A DNA stretch of 64,000 nt from Eledone cirrhosa (taxonomy: Eukaryota), in contig OZ024751.1 in assembly GCA_964016885.1 (NCBI GenBank), positions 36,084,001 to 36,148,000 on the forward strand, in the 5' to 3' direction. Below the pieces are notes generated by a model that worked only from the letters and a program-made list of their open reading frames with translations, was not told where the DNA came from and made no database searches. The position numbers and the translations under genes are program-made. Shown one piece after another: positions 1-14,749 of the stretch. Position 1 is the first letter of the stretch. Every line of letters begins with the position of its first letter.

Positions 1-424
1 ATCAAATAAATATATTCTTAATACTTATATACTTCTGATACTTCACTCAGAAAGCAACAATCACCTTCAATGTTATTTTTACCAACCCATAACTACGATC
101 AAATACAATGATATAAAGCTCACAATGTGAGAAGTATTAGATTATTGGTGACTCATATATTCTCTTGACACTTTCATGTCTCGTAGATTTGGTCAGACGG
201 TAACAAATATTGAGCAGAAAATGTGGATATATGTATATATTTTCATGTTTTTTTTTTAAAGAGAGGGAATGTAGCCTTCGAGGAATGGATATCTCTTAAC
301 GAGTTCTGAATATGAAAAAAATATACAAAATAATCAGAAAATATGGCAAACAATTATTTATGCAATTAGAAGTGGAGAATGTTCTCGAATGTTATTATAA
401 CGTTAATATTAGAGGCCCCATTAG

Positions 425-739
425 TGGCCCTGGTTTTTGCACCTAGACATTTTCCCTCCGAGGCACAAGCCTGAGCATGGCTTGTTTTGTCGAATACCAG
501 CAGTCGCCCAATCATACGAGTCTCCGTTCCCCATGACACCGATGTTATCCAAAGGAAAGGCAAAGGTTGATACAGTTTGGCACCAGTGTCGTCTTAACTC
601 ATTCCTACAGCTGAGTAAACTGGGGTAATCTGAAATAAAGTATCTCGCTCAATAACACAACACACCATCCGGTCTAAGAATTGAACTCACAATCTCTCAA
701 TTGCAAGCCCAATGTTCTAACAACTAAGCCATGCGCCTA
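425..739 (-). mobile_element. tRNA-derived SINE, family 2 (CORE-like central domain), near full length
   Basis: Minus strand begins aggcgcatggcttagttgttag (A box), has gagttcaattc (B box) and a CORE-like tgtgttattgagcgagatactt...ccagtttactcagctg. Related copies occur elsewhere in the window. Confidence 0.7.
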
Positions 740-939
740 TTGATTCAATACACATGACATCAGATATATGTTTTATTGTATTTAGAAAGATTAAAGTCTA
801 GCTTAAGGATGACAGAATTACAACTGAAAATAATGAGATAAAAATAAATGCATCATGATACTTTATCTATCACTCACTATGGACGTGTAAAGATGTTTTA
901 ATTGAGCATTTCTGTACGACCCACGTTACCTTTCGTCTT

Positions 940-944
<5 letters not shown>

Positions 945-998
<54 letters not shown>

Positions 999-1168
999 TA
1001 CATATTTATATCTATATATACATCTACATATTTATATCTATATATCTATATATATCTATATCTATATATATATATATATATCTATATATATATATCTATA
1101 TATATCTATATATATCTATATATATATATATATATCTATATATATATCTATATATATCTATATATATA

Positions 1169-1231
<63 letters not shown>

Positions 1232-1712
1232 ATATATATCTATATATATCTATATATATATATATCTATATATATATATCTATATATATCTATCTATATC
1301 TATATATCTATATATATATCTATCTATATATATATATATATCTATATATATATCTATATATCTATATATCTATATATATATCTATATATCTATATATATA
1401 TATATATCTATATATATATATATCTATCTATATATATATATATCTATCTATATATATATCTATATATATATCTATATATATATCTATATATATATCTATA
1501 TATATATCTATATATATATATCTATATATATATCTATATATATATATATCTATATCTATATATATCTATATATATATATATATATATCTATATATATATA
1601 TATATATATATCTATATATCTATATATATATATCCATATCTATATATCTATATATCTCTCTCTCGCTCTCTATATATATATATATCTATATATATATATA
1701 TATATATATATA
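945..1712. repeat. (TA)n/(TATC) compound microsatellite
   Basis: Direct reading. Confidence 0.97.
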
Positions 1713-1946
1713 GAGAATAGAATATCTAGACTGATTTTCAGGCAAAACCAGCTAACAAGAGACCCAAAGGTAGAATCCATGAGCTTAGCTGGTCCCGCTT
1801 GGGGATCCAGCCGGATCTGTTGGAGACGGTTGCTTCTTACAGGATCTGCTGTAAGGACTCTGCTCCCACAACTCTCTAAGGAATAACTGGGCGAAGAAGA
1901 AGAAGAAAAAAAGATAACGAATAAAATAATAACTCTCTACATATGG

Positions 1947-2067
1947 TCTGAGTTCAAATCCCGCCGAGGTTAACTTTGCCTTTCATCCTTACGGGGTCGA
2001 TAAAATAAAGTACCAGTAATACACTGGGATAATTGCTGGCCTTGTGCCTAAAGTAGAAACAATTATT
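1947..2067 (+). mobile_element. tRNA-derived SINE family 1, 5'-truncated
   Basis: B box gagttcaaatccc; conserved ctttgcctttcatccttacggggtcgataaaataaagtaccag; 3' ggccttgtgcc..aagtagaa(att)n. Confidence 0.9.
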
Positions 2068-2896
2068 TTACGAACTTACAAGTTTCAGTTATTAAACTGC
2101 AGTCATGTTAGTTTACCCCCTAAAGGTACATCATTTATCAGGTGTAATACTTATTTTTTCGATAATTTTTTGTCGAACTGAGGAAAATAATACTTGGAAA
2201 AAAAAGGTCCTTTAAACTTAGGCACCACATTTGGGGAAGGAGGGGGGGGAGGGCTCTCTCTAATTATGGACTATACTTCACATAATGCCAGATTCTAATT
2301 AATTACCAAATTAATTTACGTTGTCCGCAATATTGTATAGTATGTTTACATTATGCACCGCACGTAATTAACTATTTAATAAAGATTATTGGATTGAATG
2401 AGTTGTATAATTATATCAGAGCATGTCAATTTATCAACATAATGCTTTAATATAAACAAGGAGCCAAACACACACATACATACAATCACACACACACACA
2501 CACATATATATATATACACACACACATATATATAGATACAAACACACGCACAAATATGCATATCTACATAATATATACACACATATACATACATATGTAT
2601 ATATACATATATAGATATACATTTATAGATACATACTGTACACATACACGTACACACACAAGCACACAGAAACCCACTACCCTCTCTCTTTCTCTCTTAC
2701 ACGCAAAAGCACAATTCTGTGAGTGCGCATGCGTGTACTGAAGTGCACGTGCCTGTGTGTGTGTCAGTATGTAGATAATAACTGGATGAATGCATAGATA
2801 ATAATTTCTGATAGAATATGTATCTCATCATTAAATCTTTACCCGGAAGTTCCCCGAAACTTCAACATCACTGAAATAAAATAAGCTGTAAACGAC

Positions 2897-4529
2897 AATT
2901 ATTAAACAGGTGCTTGTCTTTGAGGATCATTGTGAAAACATGTGGCAGGAATCTTCGCCTACACTCTGTATTTTATGCGTCATTAATGCATTTCAAAATA
3001 AAACTACAATCGTCTTCGACTACTCAGTGCACTGGAAATTTTCCGCTAATAAAATTAGAGTCATTACAACGCTGTACATTCTTGCTTTAATTAAATATTA
3101 CCCAATAATGCTGAACATTAAGGCATATTAGTAAAATAAATGCACACAGCTGCCCAGTAACAGCTACAGAGCAGGTGTGGCCCAAGGGCTTAGTGAAAAG
3201 GAGAATAAATGTAGGAAAACTCGATCAATAAAACGAAGAAGAGTAGCGCTACGTTGCATGCAGAAGGAGAATGAGAAAATATGCATTAGATTGGTGAATT
3301 ACACTGTAGAGACATAGGATATTTTTAAATGTTAATTTAGGAGATCTGTTCTACGCAACTCCTTCTGGTGATAACGTGTTTTAAGCGAAGATCTGACAGT
3401 TATGGAAAGAACACGAAAAGTTTATTTTAATCATCATCCGACATCGAATAAGACAAAGTATACTCTTACACAAAAGTCACTAGAATGTGCTCAGTTTTTC
3501 TTTTTAGGAACGGAATTATTTAATTCTAGTGATGAAAATATGATGAATTATATCTAATCAAAGGCGGCGAATTGGCAGTTTCATTACAACGTCACATAGT
3601 TTCATTTGCGGCGCTCTGATTTGAAATCGGGCAGTAGTAAGCGTTCCTTGCCATCTTTCTCAGATCAACTATATAATTGTTTATACTTTTGGCACAAGGC
3701 CAGCAATTATACCAGTGTATTACTGGTACTTTATTTTATCGACCTCGTAAGGATGAAATGCAAAGTTAACCTCGGCGGTATTTGAACTCAGACCATAAAG
3801 GACCGTAACTCTTTGCTCCAAAGCATGGCGTCCGACTCTCTACCGATACTGCCAATCCACTGCCCTCGACTATACCATACAGTTACTGGGATCAATTCTT
3901 CCTCTCTACCTATTTCTTACTTCATCACTTTCACTTATCTTCTCTGGAAGAAATTTACTGAGTTCAGACCTGGAGAGATGAGATAAACCAGACTTAAGAA
4001 TTAGCCCAGACGACTGTCACTACGGCTTCCATAAGGTTCCATCAAGACTTGTATGTATGAGCCACCTACGCAAACCAGTGATGAGAGAATTATGGTTTTG
4101 TACACTGAGTTTGGTTTCAACAGATAGCCTTTCGCGATTCCACACTCTGGCGTTAAGAGAACGGAAACAGCAACACCACCAGAGATTCTGTTCTTAATCT
4201 TTGAATCTATGAACAGATCATCAGATATATCTCCGCCAAGAGATGGTCGTGGTGGTGGAGATGGGCAAACTCCAAGTATCTTTTCTATAACACCTATGTC
4301 TATGTGAAACACACAAGAACATTCAAAACTCTTTTTCCTTCGAGCAATAACTTATATGCACAGTAATTGGAAATAGAAAACTGAACATTTCCAGTGCACT
4401 AAATATTTGATCAGTATTGTAGTTTTATTTTGAAAAGTATTAATGATGAATTACATACAGATAGGAATTGAAGATTCTTTCCACGCATTTTCAAAATAAT
4501 CCTCAAAGACAAACACCTGTTTGATAATT
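2897..4529. repeat. Older ~150-bp inverted repeat pair (~2897-3045 and ~4384-4529)
   Basis: Shared blocks aaacaggtg.ttgtctttgaggat, tttcaaaataaaactacaat and agtgcactggaaat in opposite orientation. Confidence 0.75.
3674..3864 (-). mobile_element. SINE family 1, full length
   Basis: Reverse complement of the family consensus, including the tRNA head. Confidence 0.9.
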
Positions 4530-4816
4530 AAACAAAAGAGCATTGTATTTCAGACAAGCTATGGTTTGGAGATCAATCTATTTATCTTTCTTTGAACATT
4601 CATGCTTGTCGTTCTCTGTATCTATATCTATATATAGAAACTCCTACGCACTCAATATACAGGACTATAGGTAGTCGTTAAATGAGACGGTCGTTGAATG
4701 AGGAAGAGCTCTGCCTCTCTCTCTTTCTCTCCCTCCCCCTCTCTCTTTCTGTATGCCCCCCTCTCTGCATCACACACACACACACACGCTTATTTAACCT
4801 TTTTATATCCACATTA

Positions 4817-5001
4817 TGGCAGTATCGATAGAGGGTCGGACGCTATGCTTTGACGTATAGAGTTTCGGCCCTTGCCATTCTGAGTTCGAATCCCCCCGAG
4901 GTTAACTTTGCCTTTCATCCTCACGGGGTCGATAAAATAAAGTACCAGTAATGCACTGGTACCAAAAGTAATGCCTTGTGCCAAAAGTAGAACAAATTAT
5001 T
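4817..5001 (+). mobile_element. SINE family 1
   Basis: tggcagtatcgatagag A box, gagttcgaatccc B box, conserved centre and tail. Confidence 0.9.
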
Positions 5002-5417
5002 CCTATGAATAATTGTGACGTTGATTAATTTCATGTATTGAGGTATGAAACGCTGCCACGATATCCTTTTAGTTTTTAGTAAGATACAGCAGAATGTACC
5101 AGTCAAATGTACCACCGCCACTCGCTCGCTCTCTCTGGATATATATATATATCCAATAATAATATATACATAGTGACTTTTGTGTGAGAGTATACTTTGC
5201 CTTATTCGATGTCGGATGATGATTAAAATAAACTTTTCGTGTTCTTTCCATAACTGTCAGATCTTCGCTTAAAACACGTTATCACCAGAAGGAATTGCGT
5301 AGAACAGATCTCCTAAATTAACATTTAAAAATATCCTATGTCTCTACAGTGTAATTCACCAATCTAATGCATATTTTCTCATTCTCCTTCAATAATAATA
5401 TATACATATATATATAT

Positions 5418-5899
<482 letters not shown>

Positions 5900-6807
5900 A
5901 TTATTGATACTCCGGGGTATCGCCTGCTTATCAGACGGTGACACGAAGAGTACGAAAATTCTTGTCTGCTGACAGGCAGTCTCAAAATGTTTAATACTAC
6001 TTTCTAAACTAATATTGGGGTACAGAAAGATGCAAAACACTGGCTCAAAATGAACATAGATCCTGATGTTTCGTCCAATGATATACAAAATGCAGTGGCG
6101 TAGACACACACACACTTTATATATATATATACAGAAATTATCTATGTGCCGATACGTATATAATCATTTGTTCAGAATATAAATAAATGTGACTTGGTTT
6201 CCATCAGGGGATATATATACACATATATCTATATACACATATATGCATACACACATATCAATCCATCTATTCACCCATCTCTCTCCACGTACATATCAAT
6301 CCATCCAACAATATATATATATATATATGTATAAAAATATATAAATATAACCAGCCATAGATATAAATACACATAGATACATATACACACTAACATAAAG
6401 ACACAGACCCACTAACATACATACATATATACATACAAGTATTCACCCGCAGCGAAAGACAAACGTATGTATGTATGAAACATAAACATCCTAACATCTA
6501 TAATTTTTAGCGTGTGATTGATTTCAGATAACAAGATTAACGTATTTCTTTATAGAATGGGAAATTGTCCTAGCGATTCTGTTATGTAGGAAATGATTAA
6601 AGCAATACTTTTATAAATTGAAACATTTTGCTGTTTAAAAACACAAAAAGTAACAAAAAAAAACAACAAAAACAAGTCGAATTATATAAACGTGAAAAAT
6701 AAATGAATTAAAATATTCAAAGCATAACATGAAAACATATATTACAGAATATATGAAAGTATATATTACTGTGGTTATTTTACAGGTATGTTTGTTATTA
6801 TTATGTG

Positions 6808-6872
<65 letters not shown>

Positions 6873-7137
6873 TAGATAGATATAGATAGATATATTCACA
6901 CTTATTTATAGATTAAATATATATATATACGCACTTATGAATACAAACATATACCACACACATACACACACCGTCACGCACTGTATCTCCCCATTCCTCA
7001 CAAACACACGCCCACACGAACATATATGTATATATGTATATTTGTATATACGAGTAAGCTTATATATATATCTATATATCTATATATCTCTCTCTCTCTA
7101 TATATATATACACACATATATAAATATACTTACATAT

Positions 7138-7188
<51 letters not shown>

Positions 7189-7213
7189 CACACATATATA
7201 TATACATTCATAT

Positions 7214-7244
<31 letters not shown>

Positions 7245-7280
7245 CATTCATATACACACACACATATATATATATATATA

Positions 7281-7403
<123 letters not shown>

Positions 7404-7759
7404 ACACACACTCACATGTATACATATATATATAAATGCTCGTTATTATGGATGGAATTTCCAATAAGCGAAACGTTTCGCTGATGAAACTGTTAATGCT
7501 AATCTACTTAAAATGAAACTATGTTATGCCAAGGGGAACCAATATCTGCTGGAAATTAGAATTTTGGAACTGAAAGAATAATATCGAAATCACAAGCCGA
7601 GCCGAAAAAACAAATCATTTCTAATGAGAAATATTTTTACAATTTCAATGAATTGGGAATTTCTATTGAAGGATTATCTTTCTATAGAATACATATACAC
7701 AATCAGTCAGTATTGTTACTCTCTTTAAATCTCTCAATATATATATATGCATACACACA

Positions 7760-7873
<114 letters not shown>

Positions 7874-8003
7874 ACATATATATATATATATATTATATAT
7901 ATATATACATATATATTCATATATATATTATGTATATATATATATACATATATATAGATGTATATATATGCACATACTGTATACATATATAATATATATA
8001 TAG

Positions 8004-8196
8004 AACAAAGACGGTGTGGTAAGATACCAGGTGGACCGTAACGCACCAGAGTACTCAATACTTTGGGTAGTAGAGTGGGTAATAGGAAAAGAGTCAGGAC
8101 CCCGACGGCTGAGCTTCGGCCGTTTCGCCATCAAGATCAGTTCGGATCTTGCTGTCGAAACGGCCGGAGCTCAGCCGTCGGGGTCCTGACTCTTTT

Positions 8197-8201
<5 letters not shown>
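8004..8201 (-). mobile_element. Fold-back family F1, copy B
   Basis: Same tail; ~120-bp near-perfect palindrome 8082-8201; (TA)n on both sides. Confidence 0.85.
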
Positions 8202-8281
<80 letters not shown>

Positions 8282-8282
<1 letters not shown>

Positions 8283-8414
8283 ACGAAGGAAATGTGGTAA
8301 GGAACTAGGTGGACCATAACGCACCAAAGTACTCAATACTTAGGGTAGTAGAGTGGGTAATAGGAACGAGTAGGACCCCGACGGCTGAGCTCAAGCCGTT
8401 TCGACGGCTAATTC
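8282..8414 (-). mobile_element. Fold-back family F1, copy C (no inverted arm)
   Basis: Tail plus a single arm ending in gacggctaattc, running into (CT)n/(TA)n. Confidence 0.85.
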
Positions 8415-8416
8415 TC

Positions 8417-8499
<83 letters not shown>

Positions 8500-8594
8500 T
8501 AGGTAATTCCGAAGGAAAAGCAAAGGAAGAAAGAGTGCTCTATGTATAGAACAGAGCTATTTAATTAGAAATTGAACAAGACAAAATATAACTT

Positions 8595-8664
8595 CTTCAT
8601 TACCAAAGGTTTCTGGATCCTAATAACGATAATAATATACGTTAGGATCGGTCGTCAGACAGTG
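8595..8664 (-). ncRNA. Decayed type I hammerhead ribozyme in a Penelope-like 3' end (element ~8498-8664+)
   Basis: Minus strand: cactgt-CTGACGA-cc-gatcctaa...ttaggatc-ca-GAAA-cctttgg-TA-atgaag. Core, stem II and stem III are good; stem I is weak. The tail ends 'cggaattacctaac' next to (TA)n. Confidence 0.6.
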
Positions 8665-10291
8665 ATATTGACATAACATCTCTGTCTGATTTTATAGAAG
8701 CCGAGATATACTTCTGTATGGAATAGTGTGGTTTAGATTATAATTTGATATGTGTATGTGTGGTGAAGAAATATATATTAGGACTGTTCGTATGAAATAT
8801 TTATACATCTTAATTATTGAGAAAATTGAGTAAAATAGAGGTTATTAAATTTCAAAAGTATATCTTCTCAGGGAAATATAACGAGCAATTAAGGATGAGC
8901 GGACACTGCACGTAGAAATGTACATATTTTTATTTTCTTGATTTAAATATTCAAACCGTATTCTAATGTTAGCTATAAATTGTATGATTTCACTTACACA
9001 CACGCCTACACAGCTGCAAATATATACACATACACATGTTAAATTCTTGACATGTAGGAAAAAATATAGATATGAAAATTAAATCTATTTAAAAATATGG
9101 GAAAGAAATTGAAACCCTTGTGAGAGTTTCAAGATTATCTATAGTAACATTAACAAAAGAGACAACTGACACTTAGTTATATGTATAGTGGTGTCTATAT
9201 TAACACGGCCAACACAGACCTCCATCGGATATCTATCTATCTATCTATCTATCTATACCCCCCACCCATACACACACACACACACAGATATATATACATA
9301 TACATAGATGCATCGACCAAATGTTATTTAAAATGATCGTTAATTTACATCTTATCTGAGAAACATATCGTATGTAAATGTATATTGTGCTAATTTAGCA
9401 TATGTAAATGTAATATATTCAAATGAAGGCCACTTCTGAATGAAGTATATGTAAATGCATCGTATGAATTTATTCATTAGTTGAATTTCTGCTTTAAAAT
9501 GGAACAACAATATTTTCCCCCAGAAATTTAGTTTACATTTAATTCTTCACTTATTTTATCGATATATTTAGTATACAAGTTCCTTCGTAACTACATGCTG
9601 TTTCCTTCCTCCTTCCTTTTCTCAAAATATTTTCTATTTTGTATTTCACTTCAATAAGATTTTATTGCCAGATTTTTAAGAGGTTATAAGGCAATTCCTT
9701 CGTGGATAAATGCATCGAGAACTTCAGTTTGAAATATGTTTTACAGTTCGATTTACCATGAAAAGTAAGAAAGTATATGTCATTATATCTTATCTCTTTT
9801 AAAAATATTTTTTCAATACTTTCTTAATCATATTCTTAGCGTGGAAAAATTTACCGAAATAAAAATGGAAATCTGCATGTTCCGATAATTTTTCTATTAT
9901 CAATAATCGTTTTAAACGTATGATAAATTTTTTATAAACTATATTTAAATATTTTTAATAATTTTTTCACATATTTTATGGATTATCAGTACTTTTCCAT
10001 AAATATGATTAAACATTTCTATATTTGAACGATTTTTTTTTGCTAATATTTTTCTATATTTTCTTACCAACGTTCAGACATGTATATTCATATAAAAACG
10101 TCAATTTATACAGAAACACAAACGCACAAACACACACTCACACATACATAAATACATACATAAGTAAATACATACATATATATATGTATATATACACACA
10201 CACATATATATATATATATTTACATAACCCCACCACTTCACATATATACTTTTATTTTCAATGACATCGAAGTCGGTGTATATGGAGTAAA

Positions 10292-10430
10292 TGTACAGTG
10301 TCTAGTGGTTGTCTCGCAACCGTGTGGCTGTGAGTTTGATCCTAGGATAGGTATGTCGTGCTCTTGAGCAGAGCTCTTCATTTTACATTGCTTCAGTTCA
10401 ATGCATTTGGCTGGAAATGAATATCAGCCT
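10292..10430 (+). mobile_element. SINE family 2, decayed
   Basis: gagtttgatcc B box; gtgctcttgagcagagctcttcattttacattgcttcagttca resembles the 425-739 copy. Confidence 0.55.
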
Positions 10431-10928
10431 TAGTAGCTGAGAGTCATCTTGAGACTCACTGCTGTGAGATCTAAGGAAGGGCTTGGACTCTTGTTTTTCT
10501 CAAAGACCATACTCCTAAAATAATTTCAAATTTAGGCACATGACAAGCAATTTTTATGGAATGTGGTAAAGTTTATTATATCGAGGCCAGTACTTTATTG
10601 TATATTAATTTTTGTCCCAACCTGATCACATTCACCCATCAGGGGCAGGTCGTTGGTTGCTTCGTCGGAAGGGTCATGGCATAGTTTAGCAGGATGTGTG
10701 TGTGGTTGAACTCTTTCTTCAGCGGGTCTGAGGAATGGGAACGAATGTAGTGCCTGTGTATGCCTCATTTTGGGTTGGATAAATTTACGTTCAGGTGAAT
10801 GTAATGAAGGTTTTATATACATACATACACATACCTATATACTTATATATATATACATCATAAGTATATATATATATTTATACAGGTACATATTTATGTG
10901 TGTGTATATTCACACACATATGTAAGTG

Positions 10929-10963
<35 letters not shown>

Positions 10964-11687
10964 ATGTGTGCCTGTACATACATATATAAGAACCTTTCAG
11001 TTTCCTAGCCAACGCAATATTTTTTATAATGCCCCCATTTTCTTTTGTGCGCCTGTATTTCAGTGTATCACATATGTCTACAGAAATAGAAAATTATATG
11101 TTATAGCAACGTTATTGACAACTAATGTTACCATTCCTTCATCGATGTTAGATCAACAGAACATCAAAGAATAGAGTCCTGCTATGATAGTGAAACAGAG
11201 AGAACCGTTGAGTGGACTTAAGAGTTATACAGATAAAGTGTTATAGAAATGAGAGGGTGAATGTAAAAGATACAAGGTGTATAAATAACACTGTATGAAT
11301 AAGGAAGTGTTGAAATGACACAGAGTGAAATATATATAGAAGTTGAGAGCATAAAAGAAAAATAAAATACGGAGAGAGGGGGATTAGAGAGAGGGGAGAG
11401 GAGGGGAGGAGGGGGAAGGGAGAGAGGGGGTAAAATGGCGGATGTAATTGTTAAATAGCGAAATAATTTCATATAGAAAATAAGAATGAGTGGATATAGC
11501 AGCAAACGAGAGATATATAAATAGTTAGCTACCAAGAACAGAGAGGTTTGCAGAACGAATGTTGCCGAAATTGAGAGAATGTGAAAGACAAACAGAGAGA
11601 CGTGTAATTTATGAAATTAAGAAAGGTAGAACGTGAAAAATAAATAAATAATGGAAATAATAAAAGCAAGAAACAATATGATGATGT

Positions 11688-11757
<70 letters not shown>

Positions 11758-11869
11758 AAAAACGCATAAAGAGCGAGAGAAACAGATTTTGATTAAGACA
11801 TAAGAGTTTGCTGTTTGTAGAAAATAAAACAAGACAAAACATTCGCAAATAAACAATGGGGGTGGTGGG

Positions 11870-12490
11870 GTGGTGGCGGTGATGTGGTGGTGGTGGTGAT
11901 GTGGTGGTGGTGGTGGTGATGGTGTGATGGTGGTAATGATGTGGTGGTGGTGGTGGTGGTGGTGTAGTGGTGGTGTGGTGGTGGTGTGATGGTGGTGGTG
12001 ATGTGGTGGTGGTAGTGGTGGTGGTGTGATGGTGGTGGTGATGTGGTGGTGGTAGTGGTGGTGGTGGTGATGGTGATGGTGTGATGGTGGTGGTGGTGGT
12101 GATGTGGTGCTGGTAGTGGTGGTGGTGGTGATGATGTGGTGGTGGTAGTGGTGGTGATGGTGTGATGGTGGTAGAGGTGGTGGTGATGATGATGTGGTGG
12201 TGGTAGTAGTGGTGGTGGTGATGATGTGGTGGTGGTAGTGGTGGTGGTGGTGATGATGTGGTGGTGGTTGTGGTGATGGTGGTGAGGTGGTGGTGATGAT
12301 GGTGGTGGTGGTAGTGGTGGTGTTGGTGCTGGTATGATGGTGTGGTGGTGGTAGTGGTGTAATGGTTGTGATGGTGTTGGTGCGATGGTGAGGTTGTGAT
12401 GGTGGTGGTGGTGAGGTGGTGGTGGTGGTGAGGTTGTGATCGTGGTGGTGCGATGGTGGGGATGGTGGTGGAGGTGGTGGTGATGGTGGT
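11870..12490. repeat. (GGT)n-derived low-complexity tract, followed by a GA-rich tract at ~12630-13010
   Basis: Direct reading. Confidence 0.95.
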
Positions 12491-14749
12491 CAGGTGTTGC
12501 CAGAGAAAAGGTGATGGAAAGGCAAAGTGTGAGAGTGAATAAAAGGCAATGAAACGAAAAACATCAGAAAGATTGATGAAGAGAATGGCGGAGGTTGTGG
12601 AAATATAAAATATAGAAAAGAAAATATTTGGGAAGAGAGGAGAATGGGATATGGAGAGGGAGGTTGAGGGAGAGATGGTGGTAGAGGGAGAGAGGGAGAG
12701 ATTGGGAGAGAGGGAGGTAGAGGGAGAAATGTAGTGATTGGGAGAGAGGGAGGTAGAGATTGGGAGAGAGGAAGGTAGAGAAGGTAGAGGTTGGGAGAGA
12801 GGAAGGGTAGTGTAAAAGGAAGAAGAGGAGAAAGAGAGAGGAAGGTTGACGTGGATAGAGATTGGGAGAGAGGAAGGTAGAGGAAGAGATGTAAAGATTG
12901 TGAGAGAGTGGGTGGAGTTGTGGAGGGCAGTGCAAAATAAAGAAGAAGTGAAAGAGGAAGGTAGAGAAGGTAGAGATGAGGAGAGAGGGAGGAAGAGACT
13001 GGGAAGGTAGTGAAAAATGAAAGATTATAAAATCAATGCAAAACAATGAAAAGAGGCAACGTGAAGTGGGAACGAACGTGCAAATGTTAATTTAAAGGTA
13101 TGTTCAAAATAAACTATTGAACGATATGTATATGATCAGAATCAATGTGATGCTGGTTTAGTTTTCACTTTTATTTTACTATTTTTCCTTCTATTTTTCT
13201 TTCAAAGCACTAAATAAACAAAGAAATGAAAGGTTTAGAAATTGTTTTTATTTTTAGTTATATAAATATTAGTAATTATACGTTACAGCATATTTATCAC
13301 CTCAAATAATATTTTCCCAATTTTCTTTGCTATTCTCTCCTATAATTTTTGTGTTATATTTCCCATCACCTAAATACAGTATATGGAAGGAAGCTGATGT
13401 CAACGTGACCTTAACTGTATTTAGTTATGCAATACATGTGACTAAATCAAATGCATACTTTGCAAAATAGAATATCTAAATATATTATGGACATCGCTCG
13501 AAATCAAATATGCCATCATAATAGGTACCTTGCATTCGCTAAGGGTTTTAGGTTGCCATGCAGTCGCGAACAGCTATAAACACTGTATCCACCCCCTGTT
13601 TCTTGATCAAGCAGAATATACTGGATGTGACAACTGAAAGGAGATAATAGTTTCATGTAAAAGGCTACGGTTCTTCCTCACAATCAAGTATGATTTGGTA
13701 GGTTGTACAATGCTTTCAGTAACTCTTTTTAAGAACTCATTTTCACCCAACTGTCACCCTCTGGATGTGACAACTGGAAAAAGGGGAGGGGTACCCCAGC
13801 ACTGGGATGGTACTCTTTTTTTTTTCAGCAAATTAAAAAAAAAAGGACGAAAGGATAAAGTGGATGGTCGACGGTTGTGATCCCAGAGAACAGTAAACCA
13901 GAACAAATATCCCACGTTCTAACAACTCTGTTGAAACAACCTTCTTTATATATACCACATAAATCCTCATATTAACCGCCACAATCATCAGAAAAATTGC
14001 CTGAATTTTTAACATCAAACTTTTGACGTCTTACATTCCAAAGTGTGTTCTTCAATTTTAATAGATTCACACCTGGAAACTAAATGTAAATGTTTTCAAT
14101 TAATGTATAATATTTATGAATTCATGTATGTTTGTTTTTCTGTTTGACTACCTTCGTCTATGTTTGTATGTATTCCTATGTTTGTATGTATACCTTCGTC
14201 TATGTTTGTATGTATGTATTTATGTATTTATGTATTTATGTGCATAGGTGAGTGTATATAACTCCCTGCGTATATGAAATGTTATTTTCTGTATTTAGTG
14301 AGTTGTTTTAACAACCTCATTATAGTATGCTTCTGTAACGAGGCGATAGCTGCATAATTTATTTCTGAATTCGTGAATAAATCCTGCAATATATTTTCAT
14401 TCGATGTTAGTTTATCAGCACCCCCCCCCACACACACACACTAATTTCCCGTCTACCAATCTTCACTTACAAGCATTTATCAAGCTTGAAGCTATGGTAG
14501 AAAACACTAACACAAGGTCCAACACTATAGTGACAAATTCGAAACCATGCAGTAAAACAGCTATGTTTTTACGACACACACCTCAGTGCGTTTTGCTATA
14601 TGCAACCCTGCTTGAAGCTAATTATAGAAAAAAAAAATTCTTGCTGAGTGATGCAGGTATGTATGGATGTGAAACTCTGAACTACTAAACCATAGCAAAC
14701 GTCATACTCATGGAAAAACACGCTTGACTACGATATTTGCACTAAATTT

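Larger units (their letters stand above)
3263..5390. repeat. 220-bp inverted repeat pair (3263-3482 and 5171-5390)
   Basis: Arms are reverse complements with 3 mismatches by manual comparison. Confidence 0.92.

Noticed and set aside
902-1720. Long 'IYIY' ORFs here and at 32243-33250, 56590-57965, 58069-59080 and elsewhere
   Set aside because: Translations of stop-free TA/CA microsatellites; no coding signal.
1947-2067. A/B-box sequences as tRNA genes (also 25200-25250)
   Set aside because: No complete cloverleaf; they are SINE heads.
2722-2850. NRF1-like tgcgcatgcg and ETS-like ccggaagt motifs
   Set aside because: Short motifs in a CA/GT-rich context; expected by chance without other promoter evidence.
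4001-4312. 103-aa minus-strand ORF
   Set aside because: No recognisable domain. The + strand looks like a decayed LINE 5'-UTR-type sequence, too weak to call.
7466-7530. agcgaaacgtttcgct palindrome followed by CTGATGA...GAAA
   Set aside because: Stems I and II cannot be formed; not callable as a hammerhead.
13621-13776. 16-bp direct repeat ctggatgtgacaactg, 140 bp apart
   Set aside because: Could be a TSD, but no recognisable element lies between the copies.
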